Below are positions 38,130 through 52,350 of a stretch of DNA of 64,000 bases, piece by piece. The stretch spans positions 20,894,001-20,958,000 of the forward strand of contig NC_086108.1 in the NCBI RefSeq assembly GCF_963921235.1, read 5' to 3'. The stretch comes from Mobula hypostoma. Lineage: Eukaryota. The position numbers and the translations under genes were made by a program. The notes under the pieces are model-generated. The model had not been told where the DNA came from. It did not search any database and worked only from the letters and a program-made list of their open reading frames with translations. Each line of letters begins with the position of its first letter. Within the stretch, counting starts at the first letter, position 1.

Positions 38130-39745
38130 TGAGGGGCAAAGGAAAAACTGGAAGAGGGAAGGAAGAAAGTAAGAGATGCAGGAGGAGTTGAGGAAGAAAG
38201 GAGGAAAGTGCCGATTCTGATTCAGATTCAGATGAGATAAGGGAAGCTGGGAATTTCTGAAAGTTTCATCTGATGGAACTGGTCTTCATACTCAACAATT
38301 TTTTTTTGGCTCCTCCCACTTTCTCCAATCTCAAGGGTGTAGCCATGGGCACATTGATGACTGTATTGATGCTACTTGATTCTGAGCTCATCAATTTCAT
38401 CAACTTTGCCTCCAACTTCCACTCTGCTCTTAATGCCACTTGGTCCATTTCTGACACCTCTCTCCTCATCTCTCTGTCTCCATCTCTGGAGACAAAATGT
38501 CCACCAAAATCTTTTATAAACCTACCAACTCCCATGGGTCTCTTGACTGTACCTCTTCCTAACATCTCCTGTAAAAATGCCCTTCCTTTTTCCTCAGCTC
38601 CTTCGTTCCTGTCACATCCATTCTTAGGATGAGGATTTCCTTTCCAGAACAAAGAGTTGCCTTCCTTCTTCAAAAAACAGGGTTTCCCTTCCTTCACCAT
38701 TAACACTGTCCTCAACCGCATCTCCTCCATTTCCTCACCTCAACAGCATAGAGCTCTTCTTGCCCTCACCTACCACCCCATGAGCCTCCGCATCCAGCAC
38801 ATCATTCTCCACAACTTGTGACTCCTTCAATAGGACCCTATCACCAAACACATCTTTACCTCCCCCCACCTTAATCTCTGCAGGTAATGCTCCCTCTTGT
38901 GATTCTTTTGTCCGTTCATTCCTCCTGACTCTTATCCCTGCAAGTGGAAAAAGTACTACACCTGCCCATTCATCTCCACCCTCACCTCTATTTAAGGCCC
39001 CAAACAGTTTTTTCTGGTGAGGCAACACTTTATCTATGAATCTGTTGAGGTTATTATTTGTATCTGCTACTCCCACTGCAGCTTCTTCGACATCGGTGAG
39101 ACCGGACATAGACTGGGGAACACTTTGCTGAGCATCTTCTTTCCATCCACAAACAGCAGGATTTCCTGGTGGCCAATTATGTTAATTCTAATCCCCATTC
39201 CACATGCCAGTCCATGGCCTCCTCTAGTGCCACGATGAGGCCACTCTCAGGTTGGAGGAGCTACACCTCATGTTCCAACTGCATAGCCTCCAACCTGATG
39301 ACATGAATATCACTATCTCCAACTTCTGGTAATTTTCTTCCTTCCCCCTTCAATTCCACAATCTGGCTCCCCTCCTACCTCTTCTCTTCACCTGCCTATT
39401 ACCTCCCCTGGTACCCCTCCTTCTTCCCTTTCTCCCATGGTTCTCACACTCCTCCTATCAGATTTATTCTTCTCCAGCCATTTACCTTTCCCACTTATCA
39501 CCTCCCAGCTTCATACTTCATCCATCTTCTCCCACCCACCTGGCTTTAACTATCAATTTCCAGCCTGTACTCCTTCCCCTCCCCCACCTTCTTATTATTG
39601 CTTCTTTCCCTTTCCTTTCCAGTCCCGATGAAGGGTCTCATCCCGAAACATTGACTGCTTATTCATTTCCTTAGATGCTGCGTGACCTGCTCCTCCAGCA
39701 TTCTGTGCGTGTTGCTCTGGATTTCCAGCAACTGCAAAGTCAGTT
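38130..39745 (+). mobile_element. Penelope-like element fragment (RT C-terminus, GIY-YIG, terminal repeat, inverted 5' part)
   Basis: KGVAMGT, FINFASNFH and DIGETGHRLG motifs, with a degenerate hammerhead near 39621. Confidence 0.82.
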
Positions 39746-39830
39746 TTCTGAAAATATTATTTTTCATCCATATATTTCTAACAATGTTAAAAATGGAATT
39801 TTTTTTGGACAAGGTTAAATGTAAAACTTA

Positions 39831-40397
39831 CGGGAGGAGAGAAGCGCACCGCGCATGCGCAGCCCTCCAGTGAAAAATGATATCATATCCGTTAAATAGG
39901 GGTCGTGGACAATTCTGATTTGATGGAGACAGACGTGAAAGCACAGAGGAACATCTGGAAAAATTTCTGAAACACCAGTTCGCTGCTGTTGTTACTGCGC
40001 AGTCGGGAATCTTCCGGAGGGAAGGCCTCAAAATCCCCGACTTTGCCTGCTATTGGCGACCGAGATTGAGGTCGAATCGTTCGGAGAGAGATGGCGCTCA
40101 GTACTCCGTGTCGGAGAGCTGATCGGAGGCTCAAAGTTTTCGGATGACTCAGAGTCGGACTGTGGTCGGGCATGGCAGGGAGAGTTTTTCTTCCTTCTCC
40201 CGTCTGCGTGAGATGTGGGACATTTGAGAAACTTTAAACTTTTTACTGTGCTCATGGACTTCTTCATCAAGTTATGGTATTGTTGCACTGTTGTAACTAT
40301 ATGTGGTTTTGTTCGTTTTTTCAGTCTTGGTCTATCCTGTGTTTTGTGATATCACACCGGAGGAAAGTAAAAGAGGACTGCGTGTCTTCATAATCTA
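39831..40397 (+). mobile_element. Non-coding non-autonomous retroposon related to 52351-53044
   Basis: It shares ACAATTCTGATTTGATGGAGACAGACGTGA, TTCTTCATCAAGTTATGGTATTG and the GAGGACTG...CATAATCTAA tail with the 52351-53044 copy. Confidence 0.75.
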
Positions 40398-43300
40398 AAA
40401 AAAACTCAAGTGCAAGCAAAATTAGAATGCATTAGAAGTCTGCATTTACCTCCATATTTGAAATATATGTCCTCTGAAGCTACCAGTAAACTTGCACAAC
40501 ATTTTAAGTTCTCAGTTCCAATGGTAATTAACTGACTTGAAATAGTAATTCCATTTCTCACTACAGTTGCTAATTTCCACCATATTCTACTTTTTATTCT
40601 GATAAAGCCAGAGATGTGTGTTACTGTTTTGCACAGATTATGTAATTGCAGTATCCTGACTACTTAATCATTAGCATACAAATCAGATGGAATTGGTTCA
40701 AATATGTGTGCAATCACCAAATAAAATTAGTTTAAAACAAAAAAGCTACCTTGTGCTAAAATAAGTTACGAAGTTAAGTACATGTAGGGACAGCCACATG
40801 ATACATTTCTGTTAGAAAAACAACTCTCAAAATCGCAATTCCCATTGTTTTTACCTGTGTTTAAGATGGGGACGAAATAAGAGCATGAAATAAAAAGAAT
40901 TGTTTGGAGGAAGCACATAGGGCATCCATTGATTTCAAAAGTAGACAATTGAATGAAAATACTTTTTTTAAAACTTAGTGCTTGAACAAGACTCAAGAAC
41001 CTAACATAAAAACACTAGATTCAAAATAAACAGACATTTGTTATTACAATCTGCAAACTCCCTTTTTACCTAATGAAATACATAGCCAACATTTAATATT
41101 GCTTGCAATTTGAACATACTCTCACCAGAATATTTTACAAATATATAAAAATTGTTTGATTCTTTCAAGTAAATGCTAACTAATATAATTTAACCCCTAT
41201 GCATAAGAATGAGAATTAAATTATCATTTGCAAATTACTTCAGCTTCATGTACAGCTGTATAGTTTCCAACACTAAAATCATTCAACTCTAAGTTAAGGA
41301 GTCCTCCTGAAATTCATCCAAATATTTTACAAGCATTGTAAAATCTGAACTTCAAATCTAAGTTTCACAAATTCTTGATCAGGCATAATATAAGAAAAAC
41401 ATATCGCTTCATTGACAAGAGTGACTTAGTTTATGGTGGCATTATTAATTGTACAAATTTACCAAAGAGAAACAACTAATTGACATGAGAAGGTGCATAC
41501 TCCATTCGTGTAAAATAGCTCTATTAGTCCTTATTTAATAAAAACTGCAACACAGTGTAACCAGATTTGGCATTCATACTGCAATTTACTTATCTTGCAT
41601 CAAAATCAGATAGACAACTTTATTAAATTGTCACAATATAACTATGCAGCTTCATTAACCAGAACAGGACTACAAGACTCAGCCCACCCAAGGCCACAAC
41701 AGGAGCAAGAGTAAATGGAAATTAAAACTCAAGGCAACCTCTTAGTTTCACAACCAGAGGCAATCTAATATGAACAGCAACTAACTATATCAACTCTTAG
41801 AATAGGTCTTAAACACATCTACTGGCATGCCTTTCTGCACAGTTCATTCAGTTGACCTCAAGTTTCCTGTTCTCTGCCACTTTATTTCACTAACCAATTC
41901 CCATTCTAAGCATCACACACAAAATGCTGGTGGAACGCAGCAGGCCAGGCAGCATCTATAGGAAAAGGTACAATCGACGTTTCGGGCCGAGACGCTTTGT
42001 CAGGACTAACTGAAAGAAGAGATAGTAAGAGATTTGAAAGTGGGAGGGGGAGGGGGATATCCAAAATGATAGGAGAAGACAGGAGGGGGAGGGATGAGCT
42101 GGAAAGTTGATTGGCAAAAGGGATACAAGGCTGGAGAAGGGAGAAGATCATGGGACAGGAGGCCTAGGGAAGAGAGAAAGGGGGAGGGGAGCACCATATA
42201 ATGAGAGGGACAGAGGGAGAAAAAAGAGAGAGAAAGAAAGGGGAAAAAATAAAAAATAGTAAATAAATAAGGGATGGGGTAAGAAGGGGAGGAGGGGCAT
42301 TAATGGAAGTTAGAGAAGTCAATGTTCGTGCCATCAGGTTGGAGGCTACCCAGACGGAATATAAGGTGTTGTTCCTCCAACCTCAGTGTGGCTTCATCTT
42401 GGCTCAAGAGGCTTCGGCGAGCAGAGGCTGAGGACGAGCTTGCTCCCAGTGAGGTAAGGCCAGGCCTGCGCAGGTATGTGACCTCAGAGCGCAGAAGGCT
42501 TAAAAAGAACACCGCCATATCCAGTGGGCAGCGGAGTGAGAGGGTGCAAAGTGATAGGGCTTAGGCGGAAACGGGAAGAGGCTTCCTGCGACTGTTGAGT
42601 CTCATAGTAAAGGGGTAAGTTACAAGTTTATTTATTTAGTAATAACAGTAGCATTAGAGGTATGCATCTAGGATTAGTGTTGTGCTTGGAGTGCCAGATG
42701 TGGGGACCCTGGGAGACTCCCAGCCTCCCCAAGGATTACATCTGCACCAGGTGCATTGAGATGAGGTTCCTTAAGGACCATGTTAGGGATCTGGAGCTGC
42801 AACTTGATGACCTTCAGCTAATTAGGGAAAGTGAGGAGATGATTGATAATACCTATAGAGAGACAGTGGACAGCTTCTCTGTGACAGTCCCCCTCAGAAA
42901 CCGATATATCATTTTAGATACAGTTGGAGAGGTTGACCTGACAGAGGAAGACCACAGCGATGGCACTCTGCTCAGTGTCGTGAACAAGAGAGCAAGGAGA
43001 AATGCCGTAGTTATAGGGGATTCCATAGTGAGGAGAACAGACAAGAGATTCTGTGAGCCGGACAAGGATACCCGGATGGTGTGTTGCCCCCCTGGTGCCA
43101 GGGTACGGGATGTCTCAGATCGGGTCCAGAGTGTTCTGAGGAGAGAGGGCAAGCAGCCAGAAGTCTTGGTACATGTTGGTACCAGTGACATACACAGAAA
43201 AAGAGAGGAGGTCCTGAAGGAAGATTACTGGGAGCTAGGAAGAAAATTGAAAAGCCAGACCTCCACAGTAATAATCTCAGGATTACTGCCTAAACCACGT

Positions 43301-46300
43301 GCTAATGAAGGTAAGAATAGTAGAATTAAGCAGATGAATGTGTGGCTAAGTAACTGGTGCAAGGGGAAGGGCTTCAAATTGGGATCTATTTTGGGGGAGG
43401 TATGACTTATACAAAAACGATGGGTTACACCTGAACTCAAAGGGTACTAATATCCTGGCGGGATTGTTTAATATAGCTGTTAGGGAGGGTTTAAACTAAG
43501 TTGGCAGGGGGAAGGAAACCAGGGTGTTAGGGTTGAGGAAGAGTAAAATAGAAACAAGTCAAAGATACTGTGCAGCAAAGATGGCAAGAAGAACAGGTAG
43601 ATGAATAGACAGGATAATTTGCTGTGCGACAGAAATATAGCAAAATCGGTAACTAATACTGAGCTAAATCTACTGTACTTAAATGCACGCAGCATTAGAA
43701 ATAAAGTGGATGACCCTGTTGTACAGCTACAGGTTAAAAGATATGACATTGTGGCCATCACCAAGTCATGGCTAAACGATGGATGTGATTGAGAGCTGAA
43801 TGTCCAAGGATACACAGTGTACAGGAAAGATAGGAAGGTAGGTAAAGGGGGTGGCATGGCCCTGATGGTAAGCAACAATATCAAGTCACTAGAAAGAAGG
43901 GACATAGGATCAGAAGAGGTAGAATCCTTATGGGTCGAGTTAAGAAATGGCAAGGGTAAAAAGACACTAATAGCAGTTACATACAGGCCTCCAAACCGCA
44001 GCCGGGAAGCGGACTACAACTTACAGCTGGAAATAGAAAAAGTGTGTCAGAAGGAAAATGTCAAGATAATTATGGGGGATTTTAATATGAAAGTCGATTG
44101 GGAAAGTCAGGAAGGCACTGGATCTCAGGAGAGGCAGTTCGTAGAATGCCTACGGGATGGCTTTTTGGAGCAGCTTGACCATAAGCCCACCAGGGGATCA
44201 GCTGTTTTGGATTGGGTGCTGTGCAATGAATCTGAGGCGATTAGGGAGCTGGAGGTAATGGAACCCCTTGGAAGTAGTGATCATAATATGATTGAGTTCA
44301 GTTTCAAATTTGAAAAGGAGAAGCTTGTATCAGGTGCATTGATATTCAGTGGAACAAAAGAAATTACAGAGGTAAGAGAGAGGAACTGGCCCAAGTAGAT
44401 TGGAAAAGTAAGCTAGATGGAGGGACGGTAGAGCAGAATTGGATGAAATTCCTACAAGAAATAAGGAAAGTACAGGAAAAATATATTCCAAGAAAAAAGA
44501 AAATCATGCATGGAGAAATGGCAAAAATGTGGCTAAGAGAGTGGTTAAGTCTAAAATAAAAGCAAAAGAGGCGGTGTACAAGGAAGTAAAAATTAGTGGG
44601 AAAACTGAAGACTGGACGACTTTTAAAAACTTACAGAAGGAAACTAAGGAAGTCATTAGGAAAGAAAAGATTAATTAGGAAAGGAAGTTGGCAATTAACA
44701 TTAAAAAGGATACTAAGTTTTTTTTAAATATATGAAGAGTAAAAGAGTGACACGGGTAGATACAGAACCGATTGAAAATGATGCTGGAGAAATTATAATG
44801 GGTAACAAAAGATGGCAGAGGAACTAAATGAGTACTTTGCATCAGTCTTCACAGTGAAACACATTACCTGATAGCCAGAGGTCTCAGCGAATAGAATTAG
44901 GTACAGTCAAGATTACGAGAAAGAAATTGCTTGGGAAGCTAAATGGACTAAGAATAGATAAGTCTCCCGGACTAGATGAGGTGCACCCACAGGTTCTGAA
45001 GGAGGTGGCTTTGGAGATTCTGGAGGCATTGGAAATGATCTTCCAGAAATCAATAGATTCTGGCATGGTTCTGGAGGACTGGAAGGTCGCAAATGTAGTT
45101 CGGCTGTTTAAGAAAGGAGGAAGGCAGCAAAAAGAAAATTACAGACCTATTAGTCTGACATTGGTAGTTGGAAAGCCATTGGGAGTCGATCCGCAAGGAC
45201 GAGGTTATGAAATACATCGAGGTGCATAACAAGATAGGCCCATGCCAGCATGGTTTCATGAAGGGAAGATCCTGCCTCGCCAACCTATTGGAATTTTTTG
45301 AGATATTCTCAAATAAGATCGATAAGGGAGAGGCTGTGGATGTGGTGTGTTTGGATTTTCAAAAGGCCTTCAATAAGATGCCGTATAAGAGGCTGCTTAA
45401 TAAGATGAGAGCCCATGGAATTACAGGAAAGATATTGGAATGGGTGGAGGGGTTCCGGTGACATCATCGTCCAGAATGGCCACTTAACTCAACAGCTCCT
45501 CCGGAAAAACGCATATTTTGCCCCGATAATCCATCAAATATAAGATCTTTCAAAAATATCTGAATTGATAAGGTGGGGGGCAAGAATGGGGAAAAAGAAT
45601 GGAGACAAAAAAAAAAGCACCACTACGGAGCCTATGGAAGAGAGAGGTACAACGAGCGGCTCTCCTGCACGTGCGCGTGGCGGCGAGGCTGATGCTGGGC
45701 CTCATGCAGGCGAAGCGGCAAATATGATAAAGATTCTGGAAGAGATAAGGGAAGTCCAAAAAGATATAATGCAGCAACTCAATGATATAAAGTCAGAGCT
45801 CAGCATCGTCAACCAGAAAATAGCGGTGGCAGAGACTTGAATTGAAAAGGTGGAAGATCGCGTGCAAAACGTGGAACAGATCCTAAGTAAGATGATAAAA
45901 ATATTAAGTCAACAGGAAAGTAAATTGCTTGACCAGAAGGGAAGATCGCGACGGAAAAAATATCAGGATTTATAATGTTCCCGAAGAAGCGGAGGGGTTG
46001 TCGATGATAGACTTTGTAGAAAAGCTGCTGCGGGAAGCGCTGGAGATTCCCCCGACTATGGAGACTGAAATTGAGAGGGCACATCGTTCGCTCATCCCAC
46101 GGCCTCCCAGAGACAGACAAAATAAACCGAGCTTAATTGTACTTAAATTCCTTCGATTCAAGAGCAAGGAGGAGATTCTACAAAGGGCCTGGGATAAGAA
46201 GAGGGTGTTTTGGAATGGGAAGTTAATATACTTCAATCATGATTACCCCCCGGCGGTCCTACAGAAACGGAAGGAATATTTCGAAGCAAAGCGAATATTC

Positions 46301-47343
46301 AAGCAAGAAAAGATTAAATTACAAACCCCGTACCCTGCTAAACTGAGGGTATTTTACCAAGAAGGGACACAGCTATATCAGACAGTGGAAGAGGCAAAGC
46401 AGACATGAACAACAGAGGCCTGCCCATTAGTGTGGTCAAACCAAGGGAAAGCCTGGCTGAGCAGTTATCCCGATCTGCTTGGGAAATAGTAAGAGAACCA
46501 AGAAAGCAGGGGACAGGAACAGGACAAGAGAAGGATATTTGGAAGAGACTGTGAGTTCTCCAAGGACAGCCCTCACCTCCTCCAGAACAGCCATAATGTT
46601 TGGCTAACCTTAAAAGTGCTGAGAAACTAAACGGAAGCAAAAATAAACGGTGATATACCTATATCTAGAAATACGTATTATAATGTGGATTTTGTATTAC
46701 TCAATTTCTTAAAAATTCATTCATTCATTCTTTTTTGCCCACCTAAATGAGAATATATACAAGGGAGGAATACACAGGGAAATCATTTCTGTGTAATGGA
46801 CATCGATTTTTTTTTTTTACTTACTTTTGTAAGTACTGCAGTGGGGGCCCTCAACTCACAGGTAGGAGGAGCTATCCCCCACGGCTAGACGTTTCTTCTA
46901 GCTCAACCCAGGGTCATCTAGAGACCCCAGCCTTGGAATCACACCTTCGTTACCTTTTTTTATTATTCACGTTTCTTGGCTCTTATTTGTTCAGGGAGTA
47001 GATCAATTAAATTATATTCTGCAAATTTCAATGATATACTAACAGATAAATACACATGGCTAAGGACAAAGTAAAATTCATTTCTTTTAATGTCAATGGG
47101 CTGTTGAATCCAGTCAAGCGCAGTAAAATTCTATCAAAAATGTAAACAAGCCCATGTAGTATATTTATAGGAAACTCACTAATTTGTTTTTCTCCTCATA
47201 TAAATCAGGACATAGGAGAGGAGTTGCTATTCTCATCACAAGCAAGCTAAATTTTGAAAAAGTATTCGAAATGGGAGATAAGGAGGGCAGATATATTGTG
47301 GTAAGGGAGAATATAGATGGAAATCCAGTTACTTTATTGAATA

Positions 47344-48770
47344 CAGGTTTCCCCTGCCATCGAAGGTACAGCGTTCCTATGAGACAGTTCGTAAGCCGAA
47401 ACATCGTAAAGCGAAGAAGCAATTACCATTTATTTACATGGGAAAAATTTGTGAGCGTTCACAGACCCAAAATTAACCTACCAAATCATGCCAGATAACA
47501 CATAAAACCTAAAATAACAGTAACATATAGTAAAACCAGGAATGATATGATAAATATACAGCCTATATAAAGTAGAAATACTTTTCCACAATCATTACTG
47601 AACTGTTCTCTGTAGCAAAAAATCTCACACAAGCGCCGTCGGCAGAAAATCTCACGCAAGCGCTGTTGGCAAAAACACGGCGCAAGCGCTCTCCAGTAAC
47701 CTTTAAGCTATGAAGCTGCCAAATCATACCAAATAACACGTAAAAATACACAGCCGATATAAAGTAGAAATAATGTATATACAGTGTAGTATCACTTACC
47801 GGAATTGGTTCAGCGCCAAGCACACTGATGATGGTGTGTTAGGCTGAGTCCTCGTCCTCACAGGTTGGGTGGTGCAGTGGCCCCCACCCTCCAGGCCACC
47901 GACAGATACTGAACCGCGAAGCATGCAGGGGTCCAGCGGTAGCCGGGAGGCACACAGCACATCTTTAAGAAAAAAGCCGAAATAAACATGCTAATTAATT
48001 ATGTGTCGGGCAGCACCTAATTAATTAGCATGTTTATTTTGGCTTTTTTCTTAAAGATGTGCTGTGTGCCTCCCGGCTACCGCTGCATTCTCCGTCAATT
48101 GCTGGGTGGTGGGACACTGGGGTGTCATCTTGTCGTCTGTTTCCATTAGAGCAGGCAGCTCATCTTCTCCTATGACTGCCTGCCTCGATGTCGAAGGTCG
48201 AAGTTTGTCGTCTGCTGTGGCTGATGCGGAAGGCTTGCTTGTCTGCTGAGCCTCGCGCATTTTTCTATCATACAGTTCTTTATAAGGACTCAAACCATCC
48301 TGCAAATATCCCCTAAACCTACGTACCCTCTCAAAATTAAAGTCGTACTTTATCGTCATGGGATGCCAAAACCTCTTCAACATCATCTTCGTCAACTTCC
48401 ACAAGCCAAACTCACTTTGTCCTTACTTCGTTCACCACGATCGAAACGCTTAATTATGTCTAGTTTTACGCTAAGTGTAACACCCTTACGAGCTCTTTTA
48501 GGCTTTTTCGATACCTTAGAACTCATCTTGCTAACGGCTGCTCACAGGCACGTGTTTAAGCAATGCCGGCGAGAATGCAGTTGTGAATCCGGGGGAGAGC
48601 GGCTGCTCGCGGTGCACACTGCCCTTTATCGTGTGCTGATTTTCCCCGCGCGCTGCTTTTTTTTCGTAACAGTGAAAACACCTTCTGAAAGCGAAAACAG
48701 GGTACTAATGTAGGTCTTTCATAACAGTGAGATTTCGTAAAGCGAACATTCAAAAAGTGGGGGACAGCTG
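47344..48770 (-). mobile_element. Internally deleted Tigger/pogo DNA transposon
   Basis: TA TSDs and CAG-initiated imperfect TIRs. The minus strand encodes an HTH-like N-terminus (KRARKGVTLSVKLDIIKRFDRGE) and C-terminal SPYKELYDRK, with no DDD core. Confidence 0.85.
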
Positions 48771-48787
48771 TACATACACACCCCCAG

Positions 48788-48837
48788 GAGGTGTAGTCCT
48801 GACGAAGGGTCTCGGCCTGAAACGTCAACTGCACCTC
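48788..48837 (+). ncRNA. Minimal type-I hammerhead ribozyme motif
   Basis: GAGGUGUAGUC-CUGACGA-AGGgucucggCCU-GAAAC-GUC-AACUGCACCUC. The core is intact, with one mismatch at the base of stem I. Confidence 0.7.
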
Positions 48838-48929
48838 TTCCTACAGATGCTGCCTGGCCTGCTGCGTTCACCAGCAACTTTGATGTGTGTTGCTTGAATT
48901 TCCAGCATCTGCAGAATTCCTGTTGTTTG
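48794..48929 (+). mobile_element. Minimal Penelope-like terminal insertion
   Basis: 11-bp TSD CCCAGGAGGTG (48783-48793, 48930-48940). The sequence matches the plus-strand half of the 27239-27457 insertion. Confidence 0.85.
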
Positions 48930-51900
48930 CCCAGGAGGTGATATTAGTTTCTTCCAGAAAATTAATAATATTGTGGTAATGGAAACAGAAGATCTCTTGA
49001 TATGTGGGGGAGACTTAAATTTACAATTACAACCAAAGTTAGACTCTTCCAATAGAAAAACTTATGAAACAAAGAGTTAACACTCTTTTTGAGGATGTTG
49101 GTCTAATTGATATATGGAGGAATCTTTTCCCCGACAGAAGGGATTATACTCATTATTCTGCCCCACATTCCGTATATACAAGAATAGACTATTTCATAAC
49201 ATTTGGAAAAGATAGAGACAAAATAGTCACCTGTGGAATTGGGACAATAGATGTAAGTGACCATGCACCTATATATTTATCTGTTGATTTTGACCTACAA
49301 CCAAAGAATACTATTTGGAAACTAAATGCAAGTCTACTCAATGATCCCTATTTTAAGGAACAAATTAAAAAAGAAATTGGTCTTTACTTAGAATTCAATG
49401 ATAATGGACAGGTTTCACCTCCCATTCTATGGGATACTCTGAAGGCTGTCTTAAGAGGTAAAATTATAGCGATATCTTCATATAAGAAAAAAGGAATAAA
49501 ACATTAGAGGAATTACGAAATAAGCTGAAGGAACTAGAAAAAAAACACAAATTGAGTTTGGCACAGGATACACTGGAGGAAACTAAAAAAATTAGGAATG
49601 AAATTAATAGTTTAGCTACACAAGAAATTAGAAAAAATTTAATGTTTCTGAAACAGAGACACTATGAAAGTGGATCTAAATCTATGAAACTACTGGGTGG
49701 AAACTGAAAAGAAAAAGATAGCAGAAAATACAATTCATAGAATTAGGGATCCAAGAACAAAAGTGATAAAAAATAAGCTAGTTGAAATTCATGAAGCTTT
49801 TGAAATGTTTTACAAAACTCTATATTCCAAAGTTCCAAACCTAACCCAAATTGACACCTTCCTGAATTCTTTAGAGTTACCCACTTTAAGCAAAGAACAA
49901 AATAGAACGATGACTGCTGACATAACTGAAGCTGAACTGAAAACTGCAATTAGAAGGCTTAAATTAAGCAAGTCACCAGGATCAGATGAATATACGGCAG
50001 AGTGGTATAAAGAGTTCAGAAGTGAGTTAATTCCTATTTTACTCCCCACACTGAACTGGGCCCTAAGAAAGGCACAAATGCCACCCAGCTGGAAGGAGGC
50101 GATAATCTCAGCTATACTGAAAGAAGGCAAGGATAAAATGGAATATGGGTCATTTAGACCAAAATCTGTTTTTAATGTGGATTATAGAATATTTACCTCC
50201 ATCATGGCCAAAACGATTAGAAGAGTTTCTACCTACACTGATACATAATGATCAGACAGGTTTCATATAACAACGCCAAACGCAAGACAAATATACGAAG
50301 GACACTTCACATTATGGACCATATTTAAAAAATGAAATTGAAGCAATAGTGATAAGCGTGGACGCTGAAAAGTCATTTGATTCGGTTAATTGGAATTTTC
50401 TTTATAGAGTTTTACATAGATTTGGTCTACATGACACAATTACTAAAACTATACAGGCACTACTGCCAGGATTAAAATCAATGGATATTTATCTAATAGT
50501 TTTACCCTAGAAAGGGGCATGAGACAGGGTTGTGCATGGTCACCACTACTCTTCGTATTATATCTGGAACCATTAGCTCATTACATCAGACAAAACGAAG
50601 ATATCAGGGGAATTACTATTAAAGGGTCAGAGCATAAATTGGCCTGTTACGCAGATGACATTTTGATCTATCTAGGGCAAGCAACATACTCTTTACCTAA
50701 ATTGATGCAATCCTTTGAATAATATGGCCAATTATCAGGATACAAGATCAACATAGATAAAACCCAACTACTATCATATAACTATAGCCCACCAAGAGAT
50801 ATTGAAAGTCAATATCCTTCGGCATGGCAAACAGAGTCCGTCAAGTATTTGGGCATCATTGTGCCAAAAGATTCGGCAAAATTATCAGAATGCAATTATC
50901 AGCCTATATATAAAAAAATTAAGGAAGATATAACAAGGTGGAAGCTAATTCCTTTCCTTGGTCTCAGTTCAAGGATTAAGTCTATTAAAATAGATATAAT
51001 GCCCAGACTACTATATCTCTTTCAGACCCTATCAACAGAGATTGACCAAAATCAATTCAATGAATGGAACAAGATGCTATCAAGATATATATGGCAAGGT
51101 AAAAGGCCTAGGGTTCATCTCAAAACTTTGCAATTAGCCAAGGAAAAGGGGGGAATGGTGCCTACCTTCTCTTAGAGATTATTATTTTGCATCACAGTTG
51201 AGAGCTGTGATATGCTGGTGCAACCCATCATATGACACTCAATGGAAAAACATTGAGGAGAGGATACTTTCCATCCCCATACAGGCAATTTTGGCTGATA
51301 ACAACCTACAGAGTTACATAAATAATATTGACAACACGTGGGTGAAGTAGACTCTTAAAATATGGAAAACTATTATAAAAGAAAATAAAATAAAGAGAGA
51401 CATTGCAATCCTTAAATGGCGGGCATATGACTCAGAATTTACATTGAATAAACTGGATGTTAGATTTAAGGACTGGATAGCTAAAGGAATAATTATATTT
51501 GCAATATAACGAAAGAAGGAACACTGTTCAGTTTTGAAATGCTCAAAGGGAAACACTTATTAGAAAACAAGACTTCTACCGGTATTTACAGATGCGACAG
51601 TATGTTAATAGGGCGGTTAAATATGTAACCGAGGCAAGTACATGTCTGATAGAACTATTTAGAAAAGAATATAATTCAGACAACGGTAGTAAAATCATTT
51701 CAAGCGTGTATAAGGGTTTGTCAAATCTTAAAACACATTCGACTTCATACATGAAAACAAAATGGGAGAAGGAAGCAGGGATAATAATATCTGAGGAAGA
51801 CTGGACAATAATATGGAGGTATCAATGGAAGTATACCAGTTCACAGAAATGGAGGGAGTTCAGGTGGAAAAACTTGATAAGATATTTTATTACACTCTCT

Positions 51901-52350
51901 CAGAAATCCCATTATGATAGTAACTCCCCTGCTTGCTGGAGAAATTGTGGAAATCAAAATGCAAACCATTATCATATTTTCGGGGAATGCCCCATTATCA
52001 AAGACTATTGGAGCAGGATACATAATGCCCTACAAGACATCTTTAAATGTGAACTACCCTTCGAGAGTAAGACCATATATTTTGGGTATATACCTCATGA
52101 ATGGTTGAAAAGAGATAAATATTTAATGAATATACTGCTGGTGGCTGGTAAAAAGACCCTTACCAGGAAATGGTTATCACAGGAGAGCCCAACTATAAAT
52201 GTATAAATGGAAATTACAATGGACGTTTACAAAATGGAGAAGATAATAGCATCTGTTAATCATAGACACAGAAACATAGATAAGTTGGAACAATTTTATT
52301 CATACTGGAAAAAATGGTTTAACTACATAATGGTAGTAAATTTACACCTC

